The notes under the pieces: model-generated
Databases searched by the model: none
Told to the model about the DNA's origin: nothing
What the model saw: only the letters and a program-made list of their open reading frames with translations
DNA from: Ostrea edulis
Taxonomy: Eukaryota
Assembly (NCBI RefSeq): GCF_947568905.1
Contig: NC_079164.1
Coordinates: forward strand, 111,228,001 to 111,292,000
Length of the DNA: 64,000 nucleotides
Direction: 5' to 3'
Position numbers and translations under genes: made by a program
Shown here: one piece after another, positions 25,013 through 38,100 of the stretch
Layout: each line of letters starts with the position of its first letter
How positions within the stretch are numbered: the stretch's first letter is position 1

Positions 25013-27788
25013 TTGTTTGTTAATGTTAAAAGCTCAAGTGACTTATTGTAATCGTCATCTATCTCTCTGTTTGTCCGTCTGTCTGTCCGTAAACTTTTCA
25101 CATTTCATTTTCTCCAGAACCACTGGGCCACTTTCAATCAAAGTTGGTACAAATCATTCATGGATGAAGGGGATTCAGTTTTGTTCAAATGAAGCGCAGT
25201 TGCGTTAAGTAGGGCCATAGAAATATGTCAGAGGAAAAAGCATTATAAACAGATCAATTTTTGACAAATTCTGTACACACAACATTTATATACAAAAAAA
25301 AAAATGTGTATATATAATTAAGTGCATATTGAACTCCCATACATTTTTCACCAGACCGACAGTCTCTACATCAGCTGTATATCACGTGATCAAATATGAA
25401 GATAAAATCGAACCGTGTATGTATAAATCGTTCCACTGGCACGATATCCAGATATCAATGCAAGTTGAAGTTATGACTTCAAAACATATTAATTGCTTAA
25501 TTTGAAAAGTGATGAGATCAAGTTTATCGTGACTTGTAACATGTCGAATTTTTGCATTGAATATGTAAGATGCGGCGATTTTTGCATATACTAAGTTGAA
25601 TCTAGTCTGAAAAACATGTTTTCTGTTGAAGCCACAACTTGCTCACCTAACTTTCCTTTTACACTGAAGTTCACATGTCACATAAATCAAACATCTTTCA
25701 CTCAAAAACCTCGGGCTGTTGTGCCAATGATGAAATTTGTATGTAAGGAAATCCTGTTTATGCAAATGAGTTCATTGTGAAAGTCACTATATAGGTGCAG
25801 ATTTAGGGGGGATATCAGGATCACAATATAATATGGATATTACTTTAGGATGTATGTTATATAAAGAAGAAATTAAAAATATTTCAATATCAAAGAGAAT
25901 TAATATAATCCATTTGACAGAAACTTTTACACGATTGCGGTTTATTGTTTGACAGCAGCGAAAACATATTTTGACATTTCTAACCGCAAAGGGAATGTAG
26001 ATATATACGTCATGACCTTCATCGTGACGTATTTTTCGTTGTGACGCCATGTAATGTGTCAGTGCGGTAAAGTACATGTTTACAGCACTGGTATTTATGA
26101 GGAACGTCTGAATTCAGCGCGAGGGTCATGTCCCCTTCAATGGGAACATAATCACGAAAATGCAAAAATAGGGTGAGGTCATCGAAAAATATTTTTCTCA
26201 AGAACCAATCGGCCAGAAATATCCAAGTCTACATGGCAGCTTTCTGACATAGTGCATATTCAAGTTTGTAAAAAAATTCGCCCGGAGCTAGGGTGGGACC
26301 ACAATAGGGGATTAAAGTTTTACATGCGAATATATAGGGAACATCTTTTAAAATGTTTTCAAGAACTGCTGGGCCAGCTTCGGGACATAATGCAAATTCA
26401 AATTTGTAAATATCATAGCCCTCGAGGGTAGGGTGGGGCCACAATACGGAATAAATGTTTCATATACCAGTATATACGGAAAATCTTTAAAAGTCAAAAG
26501 ATTCACTTCTTTACATGAAAATTCCCTGACATAGTGCAGATTTAATTTTTTAAAATCATGGCCCGGGCATAGGATGGGCCCACAATAGTGGACAAAGTTT
26601 TACATCGGAATATTTAGGGAATATCTTCTCAAGAACGACTAGTCCAGGGAAGTTCAGATTTACACGAAAGTTTCCCCGATCTAGTGTAAATCAAACATTG
26701 TGAAAATCAGAGTATCCAATGTTAAGGTGGGCAACAATAGGAGATAACATTTTGCATGAAAGTCTATAGGAAAAGTCTTTTTAGAATCTTCTTTTCAAAA
26801 GCGACAAGGTTAGAAAAGTGGGACTTTACATGACAGATTCCTAACATAGAGTAGGTCCAAATTTCTTACAGTCATAGTATCTGTGGTAGGGTGGGCCACA
26901 ATAGGGGATCAAGTATCATATGCTGTAATATAGAAAAAATATATAAATATTTTTCTTCAACAATTAAAGCTAGAACTGTCATATTTTGTATACTATATTC
27001 TGTATGGGAAGAAATTGTTTTTCCATGAGGTTTGACCTTTTGATATTGACCTAGTTGTTGGACCTACGTTTTAAATCTCTGACGTATTCAATATCTCCTG
27101 AACTATTCAAGCAGATCTTTACTTTTTGGTATATAGATTTCATTTCATACTAAGACCTTTTACCCTTTGACCTGAGAATTTGACTTGCTTTAAAGAAAGG
27201 TAACATATTAGATATTTTCAAAAATATTCAAGATAGGGCTTTCATCCTGTGTTTATAGATTTCTTTGACAAGATGCTTTGATACAATTGCATTTTATCTT
27301 TTGACATTGACCCATTTTCCAAAAATTCTGACCTAATCAATATCTTCTGAACTATTTGAGGTAAACCTTCCATATTTTGTATACGTATCATTAATGGCAA
27401 GACCCTGTTGTAGTTTGGTGTTTGACCTCGTGCCTCGACCTGGAAAGTTTGACCTACATTTGATTAAAAAGTCTGACCTATTCAATATATCCTGACCTAT
27501 ATGTATTTAAGATAGAGCGTTCATATTATGTGTATAGTTTTAAAACTTCATTTGGTCAGATATCATATCATATCAAGATATATGACCTTGTGACTTTTTC
27601 TTAAATAGACCAGCAAGGTCATGCTAGTCATATTGGTGTTATATATGCTTGGGTCAAAATACGGGGCGGGGGGTCAACATTTTTCACAGGAAAAAAGATT
27701 GATAAATACCTTTTTAAAATCTCGACAGCTGAATAACGGCAGGGCCAAGATGACTCTAGTAAACGATATGGCTCACGGGCCACTTGTT
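25013..27788 (+). mobile_element. Interrupted composite Helentron-type non-autonomous element
   Basis: Same 5' motif and (gtct/gtcc)n as 18996. Core resumes near 26110 after about 0.9 kb of unrelated sequence. A second repeat type (tgacct-rich) lies at about 27000-27600. Ends aacgatatggctcacgggccacttgtt. Confidence 0.6.
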
Positions 27789-28798
27789 TAATGATGTATG
27801 CTACCTCTTTCTACTATTTGCCTGTTTACATTTGAATAAAGACGCACATGATTGGAATGAACATTTATATTGTTATATCAAGGACTAGTAATGGGTAATG
27901 GTTCAAAATTTAGCCCGACAAACATTTATCCGTGCATTTCTTTACATATTCTATTACGACGGATATTATTAGCTCGTCTTTGCAATTGAAAGTACACAGC
28001 TGCCATATTTGTATTGGGGTGACGTTCTAGATTTTGCCTGTAACTTAGAACCATCCTCAATTTATCTAAACTTTTGTGACAATCTAAAGACCATCCTAAG
28101 ATATGTTGCTTGATGTCCTAAGATTTAGTCCGATCTTAGAACGAATCCTTCTTTAGGACTCAATCGTAAACATGTCTTATGACTTAAACATGCCCTAAGA
28201 CAATCCGAAAACATGTTTCAGTCCGGGCGACACATATTAACGTTTTTGTTGAAACAATTACAAATTGATCAGCATTATAAAGTTTAAAGTAGAACGATGT
28301 GTAGTGGTGTATACTAATTACATGCAATATTGCTTTTGTTACAATGGTGCTCAGCGAGTTACTTTTTATATTTACATACTCATGATAGGACGGGCATTAA
28401 AATAAACAATCATTTTTGCTTTACAAATTCTAACGGCACATTACAATTAAAATATATTTCTTACATTGTAGCGAACCAGGTTTATATCATAATTGCTTTA
28501 GAATAGTTATTTCATAAGCTATTCAAAAACGGAATATATTGAAATTAACTCGATCAGCTTCAAGTCATCACCCATGTTTTGTTAACCAAAGACAAGAAAT
28601 AATATATACTCGAAGTTTTGCTTGGTTTTGAAATCCAATAAGATGCAAAAGAAAGAGAAACTGCATTGATAATAAAATATTTTACTGAGGCAAAATCATA
28701 TCACTTGTGAATGGTAATTTGAAGAGACCACATCTTGGTCTATGAACTTTGAGTATTTTGTTTGAATTATAAACATGATTTTTATCAATGTCCATCAG

Positions 28799-28863
28799 AA
28801 GTGTGTATGAAGAATTAAAAGAGCGGGAAACTGGAAATCAATACCAGGATCTCTCCACTAAAG
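28799..28863 (+). CDS. Receptor exon carrying ITAM-like motif 1 (RSVYEELKERETGNQYQDLSTK)
   Basis: gtccatcag|A...AAAG|gttatg, phase 2 to 1, open frame with YEEL-x8-YQDL. Confidence 0.8.
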
Positions 28864-28989
28864 GTTATGTATTGTTTTAATCTGGATTTGAAAACTTACA
28901 TTTTATTATACTAATTTTGATAACAAGTGCTAAGATGTAATTATTTTCTTTATACAGGAAATCAAGAAAGTAAAACGTAAGATGAATAT

Positions 28990-28992
<3 letters not shown>

Positions 28993-29069
<77 letters not shown>
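28993..29069. repeat. (CT)n microsatellite
   Basis: Perfect dinucleotide run. Confidence 0.99.
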
Positions 29070-29072
<3 letters not shown>

Positions 29073-29323
29073 CTCGTCCTATTTTGCGATTCAGCGTCAT
29101 TCATCATACTTTCAACTTCCTCTCAAAAAATATATACCTTGTCAACGATAACCGAATTTAGTGTGTATAGTCTTCTGGGGAGAGGAAACAAAGACATTGT
29201 GAATGTTGTTTACTGTCCCTAGGACGTTATTGTTGAGGACAAGTTCTAATTTTGACTAGGGACGTTAGTAAATATAAGTGAACTATTTGTTTTTTATTCA
29301 GTTTTATAATGAAGGAATATTAG

Positions 29324-29345
29324 AAGTTCATACTCTGCAAAAAAG
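29324..29345 (+). CDS. Candidate receptor microexon (22 nt, EVHTLQK-R)
   Basis: A phase 1-to-2 exon is needed between 28863 and 35114. This one has the same length and E...R ends as 21382-21403. Its acceptor is weak; a longer form 29302-29345 with a strong acceptor plus a phase-0 donor at 28868 gives the same frame. Other candidates are 29450-29489 and 34807-34819. Confidence 0.45.
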
Positions 29346-29737
29346 GTCACTTATGACCAAATATCGCGTTAATACCCTAAATCAAATAAAGTGAAAAAAT
29401 AATTTCCATTGGGTTATAATGCACAAGAAATATTAAATGTTTAACACAGATATTGCTCTGCTCAGACAGTGTGCAATGGTCTGCATAGGGTATGATTTGA
29501 CAAATGTCAAACTCACTGGTACATTGCACCTATAAAAATAGAAAGAAATCGTTTAACTATGTAATACTGATAATATCCTTTATTTATAATGAATTGCACA
29601 ATTAGTTATCCAAACAATGCTCTCCTGTCTTTAGCATATCTACATATCGAGAACATATATGATAAAAAATGAAACTATCACAGTTTAAATATATACAGAT
29701 AAGATATACCCAAGACGAGACCATAAGCACATGCATA

Positions 29738-31372
29738 TGAGTTACGTACCTATACTGGATTCCTAAACCACATACAAACCCTTACTAAAGATACATTGCT
29801 GGATCTAGTAAGTACACTACCAAGCCCCTATCGTTGCTCCTCACTAAAATATTAATAGCTGTGAAGGAGAAACTTCAAACTTACTGTGCCACTACATATG
29901 CCAGAAGTCGTGTAAATCCAATGTGGATTCTAAAAAAAATTGAAAGAACGTTTAGTAAACTTGAAATCGGAAAACTTTTCTCGAATGAGCACCATCAAAA
30001 CGTCTGACTTTTCAACACTTTACACAACCACTCCTCATGATCAATTAAATACTAGACTTTGTAACCTCGTAGATAATTGCTTCTTCAACAAAAATGGAAA
30101 ACGCAAATATCTCCTCACGAAAATGTTAACAGCTGTGAAGGAGAAACTTCAAACTTACTGTGCGACTACATATGCCAGAAGTGGTGTTAATCAAATGTGG
30201 ATTCTAAAAAATTTTAAAGAACTTTTAGTAAACTTGAAATCACAGAATTTTCCCCAAATCAATAGCAATAAAACCTATGACTTTTCAACACTATACACGA
30301 CAATTCCTCACGATAAATTAAAGACTAGACTTTTTGACATCATAGACAGTTGCTTCTTCAACAAAAACGGAAAACGGAAATATTCATATCTAGTGATCAG
30401 TCATTCCAAAACTTCCTTTGTTAAACACAACTCTGATTCCACGCACAAGTACTCTGAAGTTGAAATAAAAAATATGCTAGAGTTCCTCATTGACAATATC
30501 TTCGTGGTCTTTGGTGATCAGGTCTTCCAACAGTCTGTTGGAATTCTCATGGGCACGAATTGTGCTCCTTTGTTAGCTGACCTGTTTTTATATTCATATG
30601 AAGCAGAATTTATTCAAAAACTTCTACGTGAGAAGAAAAAATCTCTCGCTGTGACCTTCAATTCGACTTTTAGATATATCGATGACGTTTTGTCTATTAG
30701 CAATGATAGCTTTCATTCATATGTCGCTTTGATATATCCCTGCGAGCTCGAAATAAAGGACACCACAGAGTCGTCCACTTCTGCTTCATACTTAGATATT
30801 TTATTGAAAGTAGACATTAAAGGCAAACTGACAACTCAACTGTATGACAAACGGGATTATTTCAGCTTCTACATCGTCAACTTTCCACATTTATGTAGCA
30901 ATATTCCATTATCACCTGCATATGGTGTTTATATATCTCAACTGATTCGATATGCAAGAGCTTGTTCTAGGTATAGTCAGTTTTGAAATCGAGGTAAGCT
31001 ACTGACAAACAAGTTGATGGTACCGGAATTCCAACAGTCTCGATTGAAGTCAGTATTTCGCAAATTCTATGGTCGTTATAACGATCTAGTTCGTCAATAC
31101 AACCTCGCATTGGGTCAAATGCTGTCTGGCGTGTTTCATACCTATTGTTAAGCCGTTCATGGCACACTGATTTTGAGTGCGGATAACTCCGTTTACCTGA
31201 TCAGGATATGGGGCTCACGGCGGGTGTGACCGGTCAACAGGGGATGCTTACTCCTCCTAGGCACCTGATCCCACCTCTGGTGTGTCCAGGGGTCCGTGTT
31301 TGCCCAACTATCTATTTTGTATTGCTTGTAGGAGTTATGAGATTGATCACTGTTCGTTAACTTCACCTTGCA
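29738..31372 (+). mobile_element. 5'-truncated Penelope-like retroelement of the N-terminal-EN (Naiad) type
   Basis: RT motifs YDFSTLYTTIPHD, GILMGTNCAPLLADLFLYSYE, FRYIDDVL, YLDILL, LYDKRD, YISQLIRYAR. The frame ends at ...VFH(T/P)xC* with no C-terminal GIY-YIG domain, followed by the conserved 3'UTR with no poly(A). The clade call rests on recalled Naiad features. Confidence 0.8.
29940..31152 (+). pseudogene. Naiad-type reverse transcriptase remnant
   Basis: 348-aa ORF 29940-30986 that continues past a premature TGA to the normal stop near 31150. Contains an internal duplication. Confidence 0.85.
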
Positions 31373-31387
31373 TCTAGAGATCAGTCA

Positions 31388-31533
31388 TCCTTACAAATTA
31401 CTTGGTTAAACACCACTCTGATTCCACGCACAAGTACCATGCACTCTGAAGTTCAAATAAAAATATGCTAGAGTTCCTCATTAACAATATCTTCGTGGTC
31501 TTTGGTGATCAGGTCTTCCAACATTCTGTCGGG
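31388..31533 (+). mobile_element. Naiad internal RT fragment
   Basis: Near copy of 30420-30545 (ctctgattccacgcacaagtac...ggtgatcaggtcttccaac). Confidence 0.85.
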
Positions 31534-31552
31534 ATTCTTAAGAACACGAATA

Positions 31553-33410
31553 ACAATGATAATGATGATAATAATAATAATAACAATAATGCCCTTTATT
31601 TAAACAGGATGGTACAATTAGCTTAAAAACCAGTGTATATTGTGGTTCTGAAAATATATATACAGACAGCAGTATTATACAGATACAATATAAAATAGTA
31701 TATGAAGGTATGTTGCATACAGACATATACGCTATCTACATATTCAAAACTGAAACTAAATAAATAGATAAATAAAATGAAACTGAAAATGATCAAAAAC
31801 AAATCTATATAGTTTTAATTTCCCGAAGATAAGCGGATTTGAAAGTTTCCAATGTTTGGTAATATTTTAAAAATTCTGGCATATCATTTCAATTGTAAAA
31901 TATCTTCTAAAACATTGTGTCTAAATTTCCCGCTGGATATATAATGAATTACTTTGACTTAATCTGGTGGATATACTGCTAACTTTATGAACATACTGAA
32001 AACATCTAAATAAACGGGGGCAGACCAGGTAAAACTTTGAATACAAGAATGATAGTTCTATATACAAGTCCGAAAGAAGTATCCATCTAAGTTGTTGCAT
32101 CATTTCTGTTGTAGGTGTATACAAATTTCTATTTAAAATCACTCTAGCGGTTCGCTTATGAACTTTGCATTGTTTGTAAAAACCATCCTTGTTTTTCATA
32201 TTGCACCAAATAGTACAACAGTAGTTAAAATGAGGAAAAACACTTGTATTAATTTTTTTCAGTAATAATTCGGTTGACAAGAATGAATGTAATCTAGATA
32301 ACACACCTATTTTGCTTGCACGTTTTAAAAAAAAAAGTTCAACATGTCAGACCACGTGAGACATCTGTCAATATAAACACCAAGTAGTTTTGCACATGAT
32401 ACATTTTCTATGGCGATATTGTCCACTTTTATCAATAGTTTTCTACAATTTCTTAATCTTTTGTACGTACCAATCATCATGCACTGCGTTTTCTGGAAAT
32501 TGATTGTAAGTTTGTTTTTATCCATCCACTCCAAAGTATGTTTAAGATCCATATGTAATTTGTTTTCTATAACATCTATACTTTTATCCGAGACATCCTG
32601 AATTGTATCGTCAGCATGCATATGGGCTGCAGAGTATTGTAAGCAATCTGTATAGTCATTTACATATAGAATAGAAAACGAAGGACTAAGTATTGTTCCT
32701 TGGGGTATCCCTATTGTAATATCTAATTTGTCGGACTGAATTCCATTCCATCTAACATATTGTGATATATTTGTTAAACAAGATTTAAACCAATGGTATG
32801 AATTCTCACATATTCCAAACGACAGTAGTTTGTGAAGTAACACGTCATGATTTACCGTGTCAAAAGCTTTACTTAGATCCACAAATAAGACACCTGTAAG
32901 TTTTCCATTGTCAATGTTTCGTAACCATTTTTCAAAAATACTATGGAGAGCTGTTTCACATGAATGTTTTCGTCTGAAACCAGATTGTTTTTCATTGATA
33001 AGATTGTGACGTATTAATTATTCGTAAAAATAATTGTGAACATGCCTTTCAATAATTTTGCTGACAATAGGCAGAAGACACACTGAACGGTAGCTATTGA
33101 CCAAAAACGTTTCACCAATTCTGTACAGTGGGGTAACCCGTGCATTTTTCCACTCATCAATAAACACATTCGACTTAATTGAAGAATTCATAGTATGTGT
33201 TAAAATATCGCCTATTACATGAATGCTAAGTTTTAGAAGTTTAACAAAGACATCGTCTAAAGCAGTAGATTTTGAGTCACACATAGACAAAACCTCAGCA
33301 CTAACAAAATGTTCGCTGATGAGATGTATTGAAAATTAACCTTTCAGCAGTTATTGCTTAACACTGGGTAATATATTGTCAAATTAAGCTGCATAGTTGT
33401 ATTCGATATT
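31553..33410 (-). mobile_element. 5'-truncated L2/CR1-group LINE (RT, 3'UTR, (ATT)n tail)
   Basis: Minus-strand ORFs with WKNARVTPLY, YRSVCLLP, DLSKAFDTVNHDVLL, GIPQGTILSP, HADDT, LLGVYID and FNYCCTIW. The 3' end reads gtaccatcctgtttaaataaagg followed by (att)n. Confidence 0.92.
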
Positions 33411-33419
33411 AGAAAAACC

Positions 33420-34165
33420 GTGCTCCTTTGTCAGCTGACCTGTTTCATATTCATATGAAGCAGAATTTATTCAAAAACTTCTACATGAGAAGAAACAATT
33501 TCTTGCTGTGGCCTTCAATTCGACATTTAGATATATCGTCGACGTTTTATCTATCAACAATACTGACTCTCATTCATATGTCAATTCGATATATCCCTGT
33601 AAGCTCGAAATAAAAGATGCCACAGAGTCGTCCACTTCTGTTTCATACTTAGATATATTATTGAAAGCAGACATTAACGGCAAACTAACAACTCACATAT
33701 ATGACAAACGGGATAATTTCTGCCCCTCCATCTTCAACTTCTCATATCTATGTAGCAATATTCCATTATCACCTGAATATGGTGTTTATATTTCTCAACT
33801 GATTCATTACGCAAGACCTTGTTCTGCGTATGGTCAGTTTTTATAGGGGTTTCATCAGGCTTATTTAAAGTCAGCATTTCGCAATTCGGTAGTAGTTATA
33901 ACGATACAACATATCATTGGGTGAAATACTGTCTGACGTGTTTCATACCGATTGTTAGACTGTTCATAGCATACTGATTTTGTCTACGGATTACTGTTTA
34001 CCTGTTCACGATATAGGACCCACGGCCAATATTATCGGCCGACAGGGGATGTTTATTCCTCCTAGGCACTTGATCCCACCTCTGGTGTGTCCAGAAGTCC
34101 ATGTTTCCCACCTATCTATTTTACATTGATTATATGAGTCATGATATTGATAACTGCTCATTATC
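33420..34165 (+). mobile_element. Naiad-type element, RT palm/thumb plus 3'UTR
   Basis: ORF 33508-33846 (FRYIVDVL...YDKRD...YISQLIHYAR) followed by the 3'UTR. Confidence 0.9.
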
Positions 34166-34344
34166 ATTGAGAATCAAAATAATGTTTGAGATAGGCTGAT
34201 TTAAAACATATGGTAGTTTTGCATTTTCTAATAAACTCTGGTGATCAGTTCCATTACATTGCTGCTGAAATGATAAAAGATCTTCTAAAATTTTCAAATA
34301 AAATAATTAGAGCTCGGCCTTATATTTCTTGTGTTTACCTCATC

Positions 34345-34760
34345 CACAAGTCTAAATACATTTTAATACCCTGGAGTTATGTGATGTAAAACTTTAAAAA
34401 CAAGAGCAATGTTTCGATACATAAAATAGTTAAACAAAAGCATCCACCTCAAATTTGATGATATACAAGAAGTTGACACTGAATAAGGTACTTTGATGTG
34501 AAAACTGATCCTTGCGGCTCCCTTTTGTAATTTAAAAAGCCTATCAATATTGTCTTGTTTATGCCATATTGTACAATAGTTAAAATTAGGAAAAACTCTC
34601 GTATTGTAAATTTTGAGTAGTGCTTCCTTTGACTTAAATGTACCCAATCTCTTTAAAACACCAAGTGTCTGACTATTTCTTTTACACAAGGCATCTATGT
34701 GGTAAGACCACGTAAAACATTCATCGATGTAAACACCTAAACGTTTGGCATATATGACAT
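34345..34760 (-). mobile_element. L2/CR1-group LINE RT C-terminal fragment
   Basis: ORF 34363-34689 (ALLKIYNTRVFPNFNYCTIW...KLQKGAARI...NLRWM) is homologous to 31921-32304. Confidence 0.8.
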
Positions 34761-35113
34761 TTTCAAAAAATGATTGTCACCTGGTTTTTATGCATCAATT
34801 CCTTAGAATTTAAAAGGCCGTATCACATCTAGATATTTGTATCAGAAACATCTTGCGTGGTATCATCTGCATGTCATGATGCAGGTCATGGGTGAGGAGA
34901 CATCGAAATATATCATGAAACACTGTTTTTTTTATAACCAGGCAGCATGTCTTGACCCTGAAGAAAAAATCATTTGACCCAATGAAGGGTCTTGGACAAA
35001 GAATAGAAATATATCTGAAACTGATCAGTGCAGGAACAGTACTAGTACTGATCCTCACTTTTGCCGTTTGGTTGCTTGAAACACTAAACTATTCATATGA
35101 CATCAATTTCTAG

Positions 35114-35190
35114 GCAAACTTATGAGACCATACAAGGACCCAGTGCTGACAATAAATACGAAGAACTTTCAACGGTTTCTAAAAGACAAG
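35114..35190 (+). CDS. Receptor exon carrying ITAM-like motif 2 (QTYETIQGPSADNKYEELSTVSKRQ)
   Basis: caatttctag|G...CAAG|gtaagt (consensus donor), phase 2 to 1, with YETI-x8-YEEL. Confidence 0.85.
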
Positions 35191-38100
35191 GTAAGTCCAA
35201 TTATATATAGGAATTCTTGTGTTACTGTTTAACCACTGCTCAATGTTGTTGGGTATTAACGGTAACTGCAATTTACGAAATCACGATGCATATCACATAC
35301 CTACTATGATTTCATGAAAAAATGTTTATAATGCTGTTCATTAATATTGACACGTGTCATTTATGGGATTACCCGACGTAAAGGATAAATCCCAAGTGTC
35401 CAGGTCCCATCTTTACTAAAGTTCGTAGACGTAAACGTAAAGTAAATCTAGACGTTTACGTGTGGGATGTTATTCACTAATAGTCGTAGACGTAGATTTA
35501 CGTCAGAAATAAGTGTAACTCTACGTGTGCTATACTAGTACACGTAAGCTGATCATAACTTTAAGAATAAACAAAGCAAATGGCGACTTGTCATTTGTAT
35601 CGATAATTTCTTGCGTAAAGACCTTACAACCCCTCTAGATGCATATAAGCTGGTTATTAATAAACAAATTAATTGTATTTATCCAGATTATCGATTTTTT
35701 TTAGATCATCTGCAATTGTGTGACAATTCTCATTTAATCCCGATCTAATTTACATTGTGGCGCATCTCAGTCCGATTTAAAATCCCACCACGCAGCGACT
35801 GTCCGTATATCTGGTAAAGTGAGAGGTTTGATTTTAAATCAGACTGGGCGGATCTAACCTTGCCTTTAGAAATAATTGGGAAGAATTTTATTTTAGTCAT
35901 GCAGGATATTAAAAAAAGAAGAAGAATATTTGCCATTTATCTTATTATATAGGGTAGATCTAGCATCTTTCAGGGAAATACATTTTTTAAATTTTCCAAA
36001 CATGGTGGAATTAATGTATATATATGCAATCAAACATGCAGTGTTTTAGATTTGAAAAGAAGAGAGTCACTGTGTATACAAGAATACATGGTGATCGACA
36101 GCTATAGAAACACTATTTCTACTGGATTGATAGGTGAGCTTTACTTTGTGGTCATAAGCAAATACTGGTAGTCCAAAATAACTATTTGTTACATTGTAAC
36201 TTACACAACAGGGAAATGAGCCTCTAAATCAATATTTCTTTAAAGATATGCATTTCATTCTAAGAATACAATTTGGTGAAATTTGTTTCAGAGAGCAATT
36301 GTGATGCCTACTAGTGTAGTCATGTGTAGATTTTCAATCTTTCAGAGTGCCATTTCCTATTAACTATAATCCTACATGAGTCAAACCTTCATTGATAATG
36401 CATCTATGAATCTTTCTACCATTCATGATTTGTATGCAATTGACCTTTATATGTGATCAGCTAGGTAAAAATCGTTGCATTATATATTACCAAACTCCAA
36501 GGATGATGCCTTCAACATACATATTTTTTGTTGAAGACCCCCCCCCCTTACAAAAATATCATTGATAAAACTTCATTCTGAAGGCTTCTCACATTAATCC
36601 GACATATGTACTAATGACCCTCTTTACAAATTTTAACCCACTAGGCAACATTGTTGACAACTATTTAAGATTTATTTAAATTGTCATATTTTTAATATAA
36701 AGATGTTAAAATCATTCTAGAAATGAAAGTAATACATGTACATGTCAATATCAATAACAACATGAAAATTCATCTAAAAATTTATCTATTTAACAAATAT
36801 AATTACATGTACATAATTGTATGTATAACAATGCATGTACTTAATTTCTTAAATATGTATTGTAACAAATTCTATTTTACTGTCAAATGTCCATACGATA
36901 TAAATGAATAAATAAATATATATGATGATATCAATGTAGCAGATGGACCATCAGCATGGCTTGGTCAGTGGGTAGAGTACCAGACTACGGGTCATGGGTT
37001 AGATTCTCAACCCTGCCATATATTTTTGAATCATTCCTCTGCTCGTCCTTTCACACAATCATGGCAATAGAAGATTAGCATTTCTCGGTTTCGCAAAAGA
37101 TTTTTTAGGATTACAGTATTGTACCCATATACCTTAAAAAATAATAGTATTACATTGATTTAAACAACTGTCATTAGACTGCAATCAAATTTCATAAGGG
37201 TTGAAAAATACATGCAACATAATTGTTATTTAAATAAACTGTAAAATTGTGTTAATACTGATTTTATTGTATATTTATCTACACCATATCTGGGAAGATA
37301 TCAGCAAGTATCACCTACAATTTCTAGTTTTAATGATTTATAACCCAAGAGCCCATAACAGGAAAAAGATTTCAAATGACCCCAATGTCAACTTTAGTAT
37401 TTCTTCATTACCCATTCCCCATTGTAATGAAATTGGCTTCTTTCCAAAACATAAATAAATACTCTTTAACGAAGAATGGTAAGTTTCAATTAAAGACATA
37501 CACGTTTCTAAATAAAAAAAATAATTTGTCGTGACATTTTAAGTACAATTCACTTGCATTCTATTGTGTTTCTACAAAATTCTCAGGTTTGATTTAGTCT
37601 ACAGTTAACATATTTTGATAGTTCTTGGTTGTGGCAAGTAAAATTGTAAAATCAGCTGATATGTACTGCAGTAAGCTATATAAATGGGATTTTCCTGTAA
37701 CAAAGAAGGTGAGAAAAATCTTTAGAACAATTGAGTATCGAACCTGGTACCTGTACATTACTACATTACTAGTTAGGTGATCTAACCACTGAGCTACTCG
37801 GGCTGACATATAATGCATGATAGTACTACACTATAAAGGACAAGGTACGGTTTTAGCCAAAATCTGCCCTGTCAAGGAAATTCACCAAAATACTAAATCT
37901 GGTATTTGAGAATGTGCCATTTATGAAAATGACCATTGTTATTCTTTATCTACCATAGTAGTTGTAATATATTCAACGGAAAACTTTATATTAACCTGAC
38001 GACGTCACCAAATTTGACGTTAATTTTGACGTAATATACGAGAGTTCTCCCCAAGCGATGTTTTGAGTAGGAAAATAAAAACTGTATCACACATAGAAGT

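Noticed and set aside
31110-31210. Hammerhead, HDV-like, twister or SECIS element in the Naiad 3' region
   Set aside because: Antisense GAAACACGUC resembles a minimal hammerhead stem III, but there is no CUGAUGA with matching stems I/II. The pseudoknot candidate leaves no room for HDV P4/J4-2. The UGAU...AUAA...UGAU hairpin lacks AUGA and pairs poorly, and no conserved in-frame TGA is seen.
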